Under the pieces are notes generated by a model. That model was not told the DNA's origin. It saw nothing but the letters and a program-made list of their open reading frames with translations, and ran no database searches. The position numbers were made by a program, and so were the translations under genes. Shown here piece after piece: positions 61,306-64,000 of a DNA stretch of 64,000 nucleotides (position 1 is its first letter; the number at the start of each line of letters is the position of its first letter). Source of the stretch: an uncultured Verrucomicrobiota bacterium (GTDB lineage: Bacteria; Verrucomicrobiota; Verrucomicrobiia; Limisphaerales; UBA1100); contig CAZTTU010000001.1 of NCBI GenBank assembly GCA_964616045.1, positions 9,684 to 73,683 of the forward strand, given 5' to 3'.

Positions 61306-64000
<2,695 letters not shown>

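Overview
Gene-dense 64-kb chromosomal segment with about 50 protein genes and mid-range GC (by eye, not computed). Most genes are housekeeping. Several protein families typical of the PVC superphylum (Verrucomicrobia/Planctomycetes-like) are present: a beta-propeller 'membrane-bound dehydrogenase'-type secreted protein, a GldG/DUF4340 ABC module, paired secreted amidohydrolases and a YdjY-like protein. Recognisable core genes are alaS (5' end only), metG, rarA, a 5-formyl-THF cyclo-ligase, hisG, purN, sodA, hisH, rlmN, glgP, gyrA, gyrB, an ECF sigma/anti-sigma pair, hisB, trxB, smc, rho, cysK, an aspartate aminotransferase, tsaD, a C-terminal processing peptidase, ispD, recJ, terC, secDF, yajC, tgt and proS (truncated by the window edge). 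The his genes are scattered singletons. Many gene junctions are ATGA/TGATG overlaps. I saw no rRNA, tRNA, CRISPR array, transposase or integrase. The most unusual feature is a roughly 1.2-kb ORF-free region at 47365-48600. It is strand-asymmetric and helix-rich on the minus strand, with several GAAA/UUCG-capped hairpins and nested helices. It ends in a textbook intrinsic terminator about 80 nt upstream of cysK. I could not assign it to RNase P, tmRNA, SRP or group II intron, so I flag it as a candidate large structured ncRNA. Secondary points of interest: an ABC-2 permease fused to GldG, extended by DUF4340, two TM coiled-coil proteins and a mini-lipoprotein; tandem amidohydrolases where two of three domains have lost the HxH metal motif; a stand-alone SecD-head-like lipoprotein coupled to an M23 peptidase; an orphan arsM in an operon of secreted proteins; a WYL regulator wedged between rho and smc; and two unannotated 31-aa ultra-basic ORFs.
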